From Erysipelotrichaceae bacterium (lineage in GTDB: Bacteria; Bacillota_I; Bacilli_A; RF39; UBA660), in assembly GCA_022772985.1 (NCBI GenBank), contig JALEZJ010000055.1, forward strand, positions 1,166-65,165: a DNA stretch of 64,000 nucleotides, written 5' to 3'. Within the stretch, counting starts at the first letter, position 1. The number at the start of each line of letters is the position of its first letter. Shown here in pieces: positions 46,527 through 56,259 of this stretch. The position numbers and the translations under genes were made by a program. The notes under the pieces are model-generated. The model worked only from the letters and a program-made list of their open reading frames with translations. It did not search any database and was not told where the DNA came from.

Positions 46527-47949
46527 CTATTATTTCACCATCCATACTCCAGGTTTTCACATCTGTAATTTTTACTGGTACAATTTTACCAATATATTTT
46601 TCATTTGTATCTATATTTACCAATTTCATCGTATCCGTATAGCCCATCATTTTGTTATCTTTATCACTAGGACCTTCTATTAATACATCTACAGTTTTTC
46701 CTAAGTATTTTTGATTATTCCAAAGTGCATATTTATTAATTAACTCATTTAAAGTTGCTAATCGTTTCTTTTTTTCTTCCAAGCTCGTTTCATCTTTCAT
46801 AATACTAGCAGGAGTTCCTTCTCTAGGAGAATAAATAAAGGTATAAGCTAAATCATACTTTAATTCATTTACCAAATCAATAGTGTCTTGAAAATCATCT
46901 TTTGTTTCTCCAGGAAATCCTACAATAATATCTGTTGTGATAGCACAATTGGGGATTATTTTTTTTATTTTGTAAAATAATTCCTTATATTCTTCTTTGG
47001 TATATCTTCTTCCCATTTTTTTCAAAATTTTTGTAGAACCACTTTGTAAAGGTAAATGAATATAAGGCATAATATTATCATATTTGGCAATTATCTTAAT
47101 CATTTCATCTGAAAAATCCCAAGGATGTGAAGTGACAAATCGAACACGAGGAATATTAGTTTTTGCAACATCTTCTAATAAATTAGCCATATTATAGTGT
47201 ATTTTTAAATCTTTTCCATAAGCATTTACGTTTTGACCAAGTAAAGTCACTTCTTGGTATCCATTTGCTACTAAATCTTTTACTTCTTTTAAAATATCTT
47301 CTGGTAATCTACTTCTTTGTTTTCCTCTAGTATAAGGTACAATACAGTAAGTACAAAACTTATCGCAACCATACATAATATTCACCCATGCTTTATACTT
47401 AGAATCTCTTTTTACGGGTAAGCCTTCAATGATATCTCCTTCTATACTAAATACTTCCATCATTTGCTCTTTTGTTTTTAATGTTTCTTTTAAATAAAGT
47501 GGTAACTTATGAATATTATGAGTGCCTATTATAATATCTACCCATGGAAATTTATTTTTTAATTCTAAACTAATTCCTTCTTCTTGAGCCATACACCCAC
47601 AAAAAATTGTAATTAGATCACTTTTTGTTTCTTTTAAGTGTTTTACTCTACCTAACATTCCCATTACCTTATTATGAGCATTTTCTCGAATAGCACAGGT
47701 ATTTAAAATAACAACATCGCTATTTTCCATATCTTCTTGTCTTTTATATCCCATGTCTTCCATGATTGCTGCAATATTTTCACTATCATGAACATTCATT
47801 TGACACCCATACGTATATAAACAATAATATTTCCCTTTTCCTATCTGTTTCATATCTTCTGGAACTATATAATCATTTCTTTTTACAATAGTTGCATCAG
47901 ATGTTCTAATTCTAGCACTTTCTAGATTTGGTAAATTCATTCCTTTCAC
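46519..47949 (-). CDS. miaB: tRNA-2-methylthio-N6-dimethylallyladenosine synthase
   Basis: UPF0004 domain (YTYGCQMNVHDSE), radical SAM CDKFCTYCIVP and a C-terminal TRAM domain. Confidence 0.9.
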   Translation of the reverse strand: MKGMNLPNLESARIRTSDATIVKRNDYIVPEDMKQIGKGKYYCLYTYGCQMNVHDSENIAAIMEDMGYKRQEDMENSDVVILNTCAIRENAHNKVMGMLGRVKHLKETKSDLITIFCGCMAQEEGISLELKNKFPWVDIIIGTHNIHKLPLYLKETLKTKEQMMEVFSIEGDIIEGLPVKRDSKYKAWVNIMYGCDKFCTYCIVPYTRGKQRSRLPEDILKEVKDLVANGYQEVTLLGQNVNAYGKDLKIHYNMANLLEDVAKTNIPRVRFVTSHPWDFSDEMIKIIAKYDNIMPYIHLPLQSGSTKILKKMGRRYTKEEYKELFYKIKKIIPNCAITTDIIVGFPGETKDDFQDTIDLVNELKYDLAYTFIYSPREGTPASIMKDETSLEEKKKRLATLNELINKYALWNNQKYLGKTVDVLIEGPSDKDNKMMGYTDTMKLVNIDTNEKYIGKIVPVKITDVKTWSMDGEIIDD

Positions 47950-47995
47950 TCCTTACTTCTATTTTTACGTTTATTATATTTTTTTAAATTTTTTG

Positions 47996-49843
47996 TTACT
48001 TCTTTTTGATTAATCTTTTATAAGATAAATAATTGTACTGACTCGTAAATATTTCATTTGCTTTTTTCTTTTCATTTAAATAATTTGCTAGTTCATTTAC
48101 TCTGTATTCCCAGCATTGAATCTGTTCATCGTTTACCTTTTTGTGAAATAAAAGTTCATACATTACATATTGTCCAAAAGCGTCAGCATACCTTCTCGCT
48201 GGACTAGTGGAATGGGAATAACACTCTAAATTTAGACCTTTATGAAATATTGGAATTCCACTATATGAGGATTCAATATAACTTTCTCTTAAATGATGTA
48301 AAAATTCTTTATCTTTTTTGATTTTTGGATCCATTTTTTGAATCTTCAAAAGTTGTTTTTCTATAAAATCATCACTAGGCCACTCTACTTTTCTAAAAAT
48401 ATAGGGATAGGATAACTTTTTAAAATGTTTTGCAATTTGATAATTTACTAAAACCATAGACTCATGAACAATATTTGCGGCCGGGGAATAATCTAATTTT
48501 AAAGATTCATGATGAGTTTCAAAATAAAGAAAATTTTCATATTGACGATATATTTCTTTTTGTTGATTCTGTTTTCTTCTTTTTGTTGCAAAATGAAATA
48601 GTTGTATTATCATTTGATTTAGTGGATCATTTTTTGGATGTAAAACTAGTTCATCAACAGTCTCATAGGATAATTTATGTTTGCTACAAATCTTTCCTTT
48701 GACTACTCGGAAGTAATTTTCAATTAGTTCAAAATGAGAGTCTAGTTGAAACATATAAGTAATTACATTTCTATTGCAATTTGGTAATAGAGAACAACGA
48801 TTATTACTAATATTCTCTGGATACATCAAAATATTATAATCTTTTACATAAAGAGTTTCCATTCTTTTTCTTGCTTCTTCATTTACTAAGGATGAATATG
48901 GAATTAAACTAGCAATATCTGTAATATGAATATATAAGGTAAAGGTTCCATTTTTATTTTTTTCTATATAAATTGCATCATCTAAAACTAAAGCATTTTC
49001 ACTGTCAATCGTAATACATTCTTGATACGTAAAATCAAATCTTCTTTGGGATGATAATTGAAATTGTTCTGCTTCTTTTAAAATAATATTTGGAAATTGA
49101 AAATTTACTCCATAACGTTTTTCAATTTCTTCTAAAGAAATTTTAAAGTTTGGATCAAGTAATTCAATTGCCTGAATAATATGTTCTTTATATCCTAATC
49201 TAGATTGTTTAATTATATTTAAGTAATGTTTTTGGTTGCTTAAAATAAATTCTCCATGTTGGCTATGGATAAACAATGACATAACTTGATATAGGAATTT
49301 AATTTCTTCTTGATTTCGTTCATCTAGAAAAAGATATTTTTTTAAAATTATATCAAAAATATTTTCTTCTTCACTGCCATTTAATACTTTATCATCATTT
49401 TGCAAAAAAACTTCAATCATAGATAGATTTTTATCTTGAAAAATTAAAAATTCTAAATAATTCATTTTTCCATTGTATGTATATAACATCTTTTTATGTT
49501 GAACATTATTCAAAATTTCATGGACTCTGAAACATGGGCTTTGTATAGCCTTTCTTTGTTTTAATTTAAATTTATAATTGATTTTGTTATCAAAATCATG
49601 AATTGGTGCAATAAAATAGTTTAATTTATCAATTGGTACTTCCTCTACAAATCGTTCTAAAAAATCTAATATTTCATTTACTCTTTTCTTATTTTTATCA
49701 TAATTTTTCAAAAGTATTAATAAAGAATTAAAAATTTCTTTGATTGTACTACGGAATTCACTTTGTAAAAATATCATAATTTCATCTAAATTGCTCGATG
49801 AATCAAGAATTAAATTTTTAATTTCTTTGGCATTATCTATCAC
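47996..49843 (-). CDS. RNB-domain 3'-5' exoribonuclease (RNase II/R family), atypical architecture
   Basis: 615 aa. RNB motifs ENALVLDDAIYIE and STSPARRYADAFGQ. An unrecognised helical N-terminal region of ~270 aa. No S1 domain is visible after the RNB domain. Confidence 0.75.
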   Translation of the reverse strand: MIDNAKEIKNLILDSSSNLDEIMIFLQSEFRSTIKEIFNSLLILLKNYDKNKKRVNEILDFLERFVEEVPIDKLNYFIAPIHDFDNKINYKFKLKQRKAIQSPCFRVHEILNNVQHKKMLYTYNGKMNYLEFLIFQDKNLSMIEVFLQNDDKVLNGSEEENIFDIILKKYLFLDERNQEEIKFLYQVMSLFIHSQHGEFILSNQKHYLNIIKQSRLGYKEHIIQAIELLDPNFKISLEEIEKRYGVNFQFPNIILKEAEQFQLSSQRRFDFTYQECITIDSENALVLDDAIYIEKNKNGTFTLYIHITDIASLIPYSSLVNEEARKRMETLYVKDYNILMYPENISNNRCSLLPNCNRNVITYMFQLDSHFELIENYFRVVKGKICSKHKLSYETVDELVLHPKNDPLNQMIIQLFHFATKRRKQNQQKEIYRQYENFLYFETHHESLKLDYSPAANIVHESMVLVNYQIAKHFKKLSYPYIFRKVEWPSDDFIEKQLLKIQKMDPKIKKDKEFLHHLRESYIESSYSGIPIFHKGLNLECYSHSTSPARRYADAFGQYVMYELLFHKKVNDEQIQCWEYRVNELANYLNEKKKANEIFTSQYNYLSYKRLIKKK

Positions 49844-49859
49844 TTAATAATCTCCTTTT

Positions 49860-51668
49860 TTATAGATCATCGTTAATTTCTTCAGTACTAAGTACTGCTA
49901 AGAAGGCCTCACTTGGAATTTCAACGTGTCCTATTTGTTTCATTTTTTTCTTTCCTTCTTTTTGTTTTTCTAAAAGTTTCCTTTTACGGGTAATATCTCC
50001 ACCATAACACTTTGCTAAAACATTTTTTCTCATCGCTTTAATATCTGCCCTTGCAATGACTTTACTACCAATTGTTGCTTGAATTGGTACCTCAAACATT
50101 TGCCTTGGAATTAATTTTTTTAAATTATCAACTATAATCCTAGCACGATTATAGGCAAAATCTCTATGAACAATGACACTTAATGCATCCACAATTTCGC
50201 CATTTAATAAAATATCCATTTTTACTAAATCACTTGTTTTATTTCCAATTATATCATAATCCATCGAAGCATATCCTTTGGTATAGCTTTTTAATTTGTC
50301 AAAAAAATCATAAACAATTTCAGATAATGGTAACTCATAATGAATGTTGACTCTTTTTTCATCAATATATTCCATAGATAAGTAGGTACCTCTTTTATTT
50401 TGACATAACTCCATGATACTTCCTACATAATTATTTGGAACAAATATGCTAGTTCTAACATATGGTTCTTTAATTTCTTTAATTTTCACTCTTTCTGGAA
50501 ATTCACTTGGATTATCAATATAAATAATATTTCCATCCGTTAAAATAATTTCATAGATTACTGATGGAGAAGTTGCAATTATCTCTACTCCAAATTCACG
50601 TTCAATTCTTTCGACAATAATTTCCATATGTAATAATCCTAAAAATCCAGTTCGGAAACCAAATCCTAATGTTGTAGATGATTCTGTTTCAAACGTTAGA
50701 CTGGCATCATTAATTTTTAATTTTTCTAAAGCTTCTCGTAAATTTGTATATTTTTTAGAATCAATTGGATATAGTCCACAGAATACCATTGGTTTCATTG
50801 GTTTGTATCCGGGTAGTGCATCCGTGCAAGGATCGTCTGCTAGTGTAATAGTATCCCCTACTCGAACATCAGAAATTTCTTTAATGCTAGCACAAACATA
50901 TCCAACTTCTCCAGTAGATAAACTATCTATTTTTTGAGGTTCTGGTGTATGAAATCCTAGTTCTGTAACATCGTAGCAAGCACCAGTTGTAAACATTTTT
51001 ATTTTCGAGTGGTTAGTAATTTTTCCTGATACTACACGAATTAGTGCTACAACTCCACGGTAAGGGTCAAAATAACTATCAAAAATTAAGCATTTTAGTT
51101 TATTGGATGTAGGCTGTTTAGGGGCCGGAATTTTTGCAACAATGGCATCCATTAATTTGGCAACACCTTCGCCAGTTTTCCCACTAGTAAAAATTACATC
51201 TTCGGTATTAAAGCCAAATGTATCAACTAATTCTTGTCTTCGCAGTTCTGGCTCTGCATTAGGTAGATCAATTTTATTCACTACCGGGATAATTTCAAGA
51301 TTATTTTCTAGGGCTAAATAAACATTTGCAAGTGTCTGGGCTTCTATTCCTTGAGTTGCATCTACTACTAAAATGGCTCCCTCACAGGCAGCAAGTGAAC
51401 GAGATACCTCGTATGTAAAATCAACATGTCCTGGTGTATCAATTAAATTTAAAACATAATCTTTGTAATGAATTCGGACAGCATTTAATTTAATTGTAAT
51501 TCCTCGTTCTCTTTCAATTTCCATGCTGTCTAAAATTTGAGCTTTCATCACTCTTTTATCAACAGAATTTGTATATTCTAAAATTCTGTCTGCTAATGTG
51601 CTTTTTCCATGATCTATATGAGCTATAATGCTAAAATTTCTAATTTTTTCTGTATTCATAAGTTCCAC
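49860..51668 (-). CDS. lepA: translation elongation factor 4 (LepA)
   Basis: [32 protein letters not shown] and the LepA-specific C-terminal domain. Confidence 0.95.
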   Translation of the reverse strand: MELMNTEKIRNFSIIAHIDHGKSTLADRILEYTNSVDKRVMKAQILDSMEIERERGITIKLNAVRIHYKDYVLNLIDTPGHVDFTYEVSRSLAACEGAILVVDATQGIEAQTLANVYLALENNLEIIPVVNKIDLPNAEPELRRQELVDTFGFNTEDVIFTSGKTGEGVAKLMDAIVAKIPAPKQPTSNKLKCLIFDSYFDPYRGVVALIRVVSGKITNHSKIKMFTTGACYDVTELGFHTPEPQKIDSLSTGEVGYVCASIKEISDVRVGDTITLADDPCTDALPGYKPMKPMVFCGLYPIDSKKYTNLREALEKLKINDASLTFETESSTTLGFGFRTGFLGLLHMEIIVERIEREFGVEIIATSPSVIYEIILTDGNIIYIDNPSEFPERVKIKEIKEPYVRTSIFVPNNYVGSIMELCQNKRGTYLSMEYIDEKRVNIHYELPLSEIVYDFFDKLKSYTKGYASMDYDIIGNKTSDLVKMDILLNGEIVDALSVIVHRDFAYNRARIIVDNLKKLIPRQMFEVPIQATIGSKVIARADIKAMRKNVLAKCYGGDITRKRKLLEKQKEGKKKMKQIGHVEIPSEAFLAVLSTEEINDDL

Positions 51669-51768
51669 ACAACCTTCTTTAAAGATTATAACAAATCATC
51701 ATAAAAAAAACAATTAAAAAAAGTGAAAGAACTATAATTTCTTTCACCTAATATAATTAGAGAGCTAA

Positions 51769-52173
51769 TTAGGCTTTATTTTCTAATTTTTTTAAGACAT
51801 CTTTTGTCACATTAATTGCTTTTTGTCTAACATCATTAGCTGCATTTTCTAACACAGGAGTTCCTTTTTCTTTGGCAAGTTCTACTAGTTCATTTGCTTT
51901 TTTCTTTAAATCTTCAGCTTTTTCTTTGGCAATTTTTGCTACTTTTTCTTTATCTAATTCTTCAATTTCTGTTTTTATTTCATCTACTTTTTTTAAAAAT
52001 TCATCTTTTACTTCATTTACATCTATATTTTTTACTTCCTCTACAAACTTTTCTAACATTTTTTTTAAATCTTCTCTTGTTTCTTTACCACTTTTAGGTG
52101 CTAATAAAATTCCTAATCCTGCACCAATACCAATTCCTGCTAAAAATTTCCCAAATCCACTTTTTTTACTCAT
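51769..52173 (-). CDS. YtxH-domain protein
   Basis: 134 aa. N-terminus GFGKFLAGIGIGAGLGILLAPKSGKETREDL followed by a K/E-rich helix. Confidence 0.6.
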   Translation of the reverse strand: MSKKSGFGKFLAGIGIGAGLGILLAPKSGKETREDLKKMLEKFVEEVKNIDVNEVKDEFLKKVDEIKTEIEELDKEKVAKIAKEKAEDLKKKANELVELAKEKGTPVLENAANDVRQKAINVTKDVLKKLENKA

Positions 52174-52459
52174 TATTCTCCTCTTCCTTTCTCTTTTCTT
52201 TTCTATAAAAAATTTTTCTTATAAAGCAACTCATTCCATCTACTAATTTATCACTTAATAAAGCCATATTATCTGTCAAGATATCAACAATTCGGAAGGC
52301 TTTTTCAAATTTAGCAACTTTTACACTTACTTCATCAATAATACCATTTAATCGATTGATGGTATTAATTAACTTTACTACTAAAACTATTAATGTAATT
52401 AATAAAATAGAACATAATATATATATAAACATGAGTAAAAATGTATTTACATCTATCAC
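52166..52459 (-). CDS. DUF948-like membrane protein
   Basis: 97 aa with an N-terminal TM followed by a helix. Paired with the YtxH-like gene, as in Bacillus ytxG-ytxH. Confidence 0.55.
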   Translation of the reverse strand: MIDVNTFLLMFIYILCSILLITLIVLVVKLINTINRLNGIIDEVSVKVAKFEKAFRIVDILTDNMALLSDKLVDGMSCFIRKIFYRKEKRKEEENNE

Positions 52460-53541
52460 TTTGTCTCATTCCTTTCATCATACATAGAATCAATTAAATT
52501 GAATAAGTCATCTGTAAGTTCTAAATTTTCTTCTTTTTTCGGAGTTGGTTCTACCGAATCACCCATACTTTTTTTCAAGGTAGAAAGCAAGTTTATACTA
52601 CTTTTTACTGGTGGGATTTCTTTTTTTGTCCTAGTTTCTTCTTTTTCATGATTTAAAATTTTAACACTATCCATAGATTGTTGGTCATAATCTTCATTTA
52701 TTTTTTGATATTCGACCCCATAATCATAATAATTTTCCGTTGCTTCATCAAGTGTTATATCTTTGTTGAAGTTATCTTCCGTTTCATCTTCTAATACATC
52801 ATATAATAATCCATCAGAACGCTGGTTTTCTCTTTCTTTTTTACATTCTTTTACTTCTTTTAGATATTCACAATTTTCACACATTAAGTTTTCTTTAATT
52901 TCTTTGCTTAAATTGCCATATGCCTTTTTACGAACACTATCAAAGTCCACATTTTTTGAATGTCTCTTTTCTTCAAGGTTTTCTCCATCTGTATTCTCTA
53001 TATCTACCGGTGTATAATTTTTATCTAACACTCCATAAATTGGAGAAATAATTGGAGTTGCTCTAAATTTTTTTTCTTCTTTTTTTTCTGTTTTTTTATC
53101 CTTGTATAAATCTGCAACTTTTGCTTCATTTTTAACTGTTTTTTCTTTTATAGTAGCTTCTCTAATCGACTCGGATGGTAGTTCTTTTTCAACTTCTAAT
53201 TTTTTTTGATGCATACTTTGTCTGCTACTTCTTGTTTCTATAAAATCGTTTTCTGAAAAAGATATTGGAAATTTAAAGGTGTTCTTTTCTTCTGTTTTTG
53301 GAGAAGAAAGGACATCTTTTTCTAATTTTGGTTCTAATTTTATTTCTTTTTTCACTTCTAAGTCAGGAATTACCTGTTTTTCTTTTTGCTCTTCTTTTTC
53401 AATTTTTTCACGCATAAATGTGGGTAATTTTTGTACTTCTTCCTCTTTTTTTATTTCTTTAATTTCAATTGGTTCCGCATCATCTTCTTCAATAATCTCT
53501 TCATCTGTAAATAAATTTTTAAATTTATCCATTAATCCCAT
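52456..53541 (-). CDS. hypothetical E/K-rich protein
   Basis: 361 aa. N-terminal amphipathic MGLMDKFKNLF followed by an acidic stretch. Internal PIISPIYGVLDKNY and CENCEY...C motifs. Confidence 0.4.
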   Translation of the reverse strand: MGLMDKFKNLFTDEEIIEEDDAEPIEIKEIKKEEEVQKLPTFMREKIEKEEQKEKQVIPDLEVKKEIKLEPKLEKDVLSSPKTEEKNTFKFPISFSENDFIETRSSRQSMHQKKLEVEKELPSESIREATIKEKTVKNEAKVADLYKDKKTEKKEEKKFRATPIISPIYGVLDKNYTPVDIENTDGENLEEKRHSKNVDFDSVRKKAYGNLSKEIKENLMCENCEYLKEVKECKKERENQRSDGLLYDVLEDETEDNFNKDITLDEATENYYDYGVEYQKINEDYDQQSMDSVKILNHEKEETRTKKEIPPVKSSINLLSTLKKSMGDSVEPTPKKEENLELTDDLFNLIDSMYDERNETK

Positions 53542-53561
53542 TTTAGCACCTCTCTTTTGAT

Positions 53562-54197
53562 TTATTCATCAGGCAACTCTTCAGTTTCTTCTTCTTTTTG
53601 AACATATTCTTCTAAAAACTGTGAAAAATTACTACTTGCCCCATCTGGTTTATCTACTTCATAAGTAAACTCAGAAAATTGACCCAAATCTCCCTCCAAG
53701 ACTTTTTCTATCACAGTGTCATTATACTCAATGCTATTTAATATGATAGAAGATAATGTAATGATTTTTGTTAATTTATCTTTTTGAACATATCCTTCCA
53801 TTTTAGAATAGTGATATATTATTTCTAAAAAATATTGATTATCATTTTGTTTTTGTATTCTAATATAACCAATTTTATCCTTATAATTAAACTCTTGATA
53901 ATAATAATCTTCTGGTTTCTTTGATGTTTCTAATTTTTTATCATAAAAGTAACTAATAATATCAACATATAAATACATATAGCAATTATCCATTAAAAAA
54001 ACTTGATTGTAATCATAATCATGTAACTTCGTTATCCCTTTAGGAATATAATATTTATACCCTAAAGTAACCGTATTAACGTTGTGTTGATCATTTAAAC
54101 AATTCTGAACAGACTCGATGTAATTATCATTTTCATTAACTCTAGTACACCCAACTAGTAATAATAAAAAACAAATCAGTACTAATTTCTTATGCAT
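53562..54197 (-). CDS. lipoprotein, unknown function
   Basis: Signal peptide with lipobox: MHKKLVLICFLLLLVGC. Confidence 0.65.
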   Translation of the reverse strand: MHKKLVLICFLLLLVGCTRVNENDNYIESVQNCLNDQHNVNTVTLGYKYYIPKGITKLHDYDYNQVFLMDNCYMYLYVDIISYFYDKKLETSKKPEDYYYQEFNYKDKIGYIRIQKQNDNQYFLEIIYHYSKMEGYVQKDKLTKIITLSSIILNSIEYNDTVIEKVLEGDLGQFSEFTYEVDKPDGASSNFSQFLEEYVQKEEETEELPDE

Positions 54198-54305
54198 AAT
54201 TTACACCTACTCTTAAAATATTATATCAAAAAAATATATAAAATCAAATAGTTTATTAAACTTTTTTATAAAATTTTATATAATATTTTGAAAGGAGTTA
54301 AACCT

Positions 54306-54491
54306 ATGTATCATGCAAATTATATGAGAAGGCCTAGACCTATGCCTTATGGAAATAGGATCATTGGTGGTGGTTTTGCTGTTCCATTTCTTTTAGGTGG
54401 CCTAACCGGTGGCTTATTAGCACCAGCTTTCTATCCAAGACCATATTATCCACCATATCAACCATATCCACCTTATGCTGTTTATTATTAG
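54306..54491 (+). CDS. small P/Y/G-rich protein
   Basis: 61 aa counted from ATG at 54306, which lies 8 nt after AAAGGAG, with TATAAT at 54279-54284. Sequence MYHANYMRRPRPMPYGNRIIGGGFAVPFLLGGLTGGLLAPAFYPRPYYPPYQPYPPYAVYY. Confidence 0.45.
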   Translation: MYHANYMRRPRPMPYGNRIIGGGFAVPFLLGGLTGGLLAPAFYPRPYYPPYQPYPPYAVYY

Positions 54492-54859
54492 TAGCAGTCA
54501 TCAATCAAGTTTACTACAGTAACTCCATTGGAATTCGTAGCTTCTAATAAAAGACAACTTCCTAAATCTTTTCCATCGATGGGGCTATTTAAATTTTTTA
54601 AATAACCACTCTCTTTTAAAACTTCTGCTACAAACTGATTATTATTTTCGAAAGAAAAATCGCAGGAAATTAACTTTTGATTACATTCTTGAATATATTC
54701 ATAACTAGCGGATATAATATTATTCTTCATTAGTTTATAAGCTTCTTCTTTGCTAACACTCAATGTAGAATGTATGCTTCTAAATGTAATTGTTAAAAGA
54801 ATAGAAGCAACGACTAAAACACCTAAAACTTCAATTAACGTAAATCCTTTATTATTCAT
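54488..54859 (-). CDS. type IV pilin / pseudopilin-like protein (prepilin-type N-terminal cleavage/methylation motif)
   Basis: Likely start at 54859: MNNKG/FTLIEVLGVLVVASILLTITF. The C-terminal region has two Cys pairs. The ATG overlaps the rpoZ stop (ATGAATAA). Confidence 0.7.
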   Translation of the reverse strand: MNNKGFTLIEVLGVLVVASILLTITFRSIHSTLSVSKEEAYKLMKNNIISASYEYIQECNQKLISCDFSFENNNQFVAEVLKESGYLKNLNSPIDGKDLGSCLLLEATNSNGVTVVNLIDDCY

Positions 54860-55061
54860 GATTCTTATGTTCAATATGAATTAAATTTTCGTAAACTTCT
54901 TCTAAAGCTCTACCAATAGGCTTAGATGATTTATATTTTTTCTCTGGTAATTGATAATAGTTTGTTTTAAGCATTTCTTTGCTTCTATTTGCTACAATAT
55001 AAACTAAAGCATATTTAGAATCTACAATATTTAATATTTTATCAATAGATGGATATATCAT
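54852..55061 (-). CDS. rpoZ: DNA-directed RNA polymerase subunit omega
   Basis: 69 aa. MIYPSIDKILNIVDSKYALVYIVANRSKEM and IGRALEEV parallel Bacillus RpoZ. Confidence 0.8.
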   Translation of the reverse strand: MIYPSIDKILNIVDSKYALVYIVANRSKEMLKTNYYQLPEKKYKSSKPIGRALEEVYENLIHIEHKNHE

Positions 55062-55185
55062 ATTCTCACACTCCCTTACTATCTATTTTTACTATAATAC
55101 AAACGAAAAAAAAAGACAATACATTTTACACATAATATACATCTTTTTTGTGACATTTTTTTAAGAAAGTTCTTGCTTTCTTTTT

Positions 55186-56259
55186 TTAATAATCATTCCT
55201 ATCTCTAAGGAAAGGTGGAACATCGAAATCGCTATCATCATCCGTATCTTTATATAAATCTTCACGATTGGTAGTATTAAAACTATGATATAATGGTTCA
55301 CTTGGTTTTTCAAAACCGGTAGCAATTACAGTGACAATTACTTCATCATTCAAATTTTCATTAATTACAGCCCCAAATATTGTATTAATATCTGTATTAG
55401 CTGCACTTCTAATTACTTCAGCTGCTTCTTCCACTTCAAATAATGTTAAAGAGGAACCACCTGTTACATTAATGATGGCATCTGTAGCTCCATCAATAGA
55501 TGTTTCTAATAAAGGACTAGAAACGGCTTGTTTAGCAGCTTCTACAGCTCTTCCTTCTCCTGATCCTACACCAATACCAATTAAAGCATTTCCTCTATCT
55601 TTCATGACTGTTTTGACATCAGCAAAATCCAAATTAACAAGTCCTGCTACGGCAATCAAATCAGAAATGGATTGCACACCACGGTGAAGTACATTATCTA
55701 CTTCCCTAAAAGCTTCTAACATTGGGGTTGTTTTATCAATTAACTCTCTTAATCTATCATTTGGAATCACAATAATTGTATCTACATGTTTTTTTAATTC
55801 TTCTAAACCTTTTACGGCTTGTTCCATTCTCTTTTTTCCTTCAAAGCTAAAAGGCTTTGTAACAATACCGACTGTTAATGCGCCCAAATCTTGAGCAATT
55901 TCGGCAACAACCGGTGCTGCTCCGGTTCCAGTACCGCCACCCATTCCGCAAGTAACGAATACCATATCAGCACCTTTCAAAGAATCCTCAATCGCAGATT
56001 TGCTTTCTAAGGCAGCTTCTCTCCCAATTTCAGGATTTGCTCCTGCCCCAAGCCCATCTGTAAGTTCACTTCCTATCTGTAACTTGGTAGTAGCAAGAGA
56101 ACGATTTAAAGCTTGAACGTCAGTATTAGCAACAATAAAATCAACACCCTTTAAACCGGAAGATATCATTCGATTAATTGCGTTACATCCACCGCCACCA
56201 ATACCTATTACTTTTATCTTTGCTAATTGATCCATTTCTAAACCTAACATATTATTCAT
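55186..56259 (-). CDS. ftsZ: cell division GTPase FtsZ
   Basis: [28 protein letters not shown] and the C-terminal DVPPFLR tail. The start overlaps the ftsA stop (TAATG). Confidence 0.95.
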   Translation of the reverse strand: MNNMLGLEMDQLAKIKVIGIGGGGCNAINRMISSGLKGVDFIVANTDVQALNRSLATTKLQIGSELTDGLGAGANPEIGREAALESKSAIEDSLKGADMVFVTCGMGGGTGTGAAPVVAEIAQDLGALTVGIVTKPFSFEGKKRMEQAVKGLEELKKHVDTIIVIPNDRLRELIDKTTPMLEAFREVDNVLHRGVQSISDLIAVAGLVNLDFADVKTVMKDRGNALIGIGVGSGEGRAVEAAKQAVSSPLLETSIDGATDAIINVTGGSSLTLFEVEEAAEVIRSAANTDINTIFGAVINENLNDEVIVTVIATGFEKPSEPLYHSFNTTNREDLYKDTDDDSDFDVPPFLRDRNDY

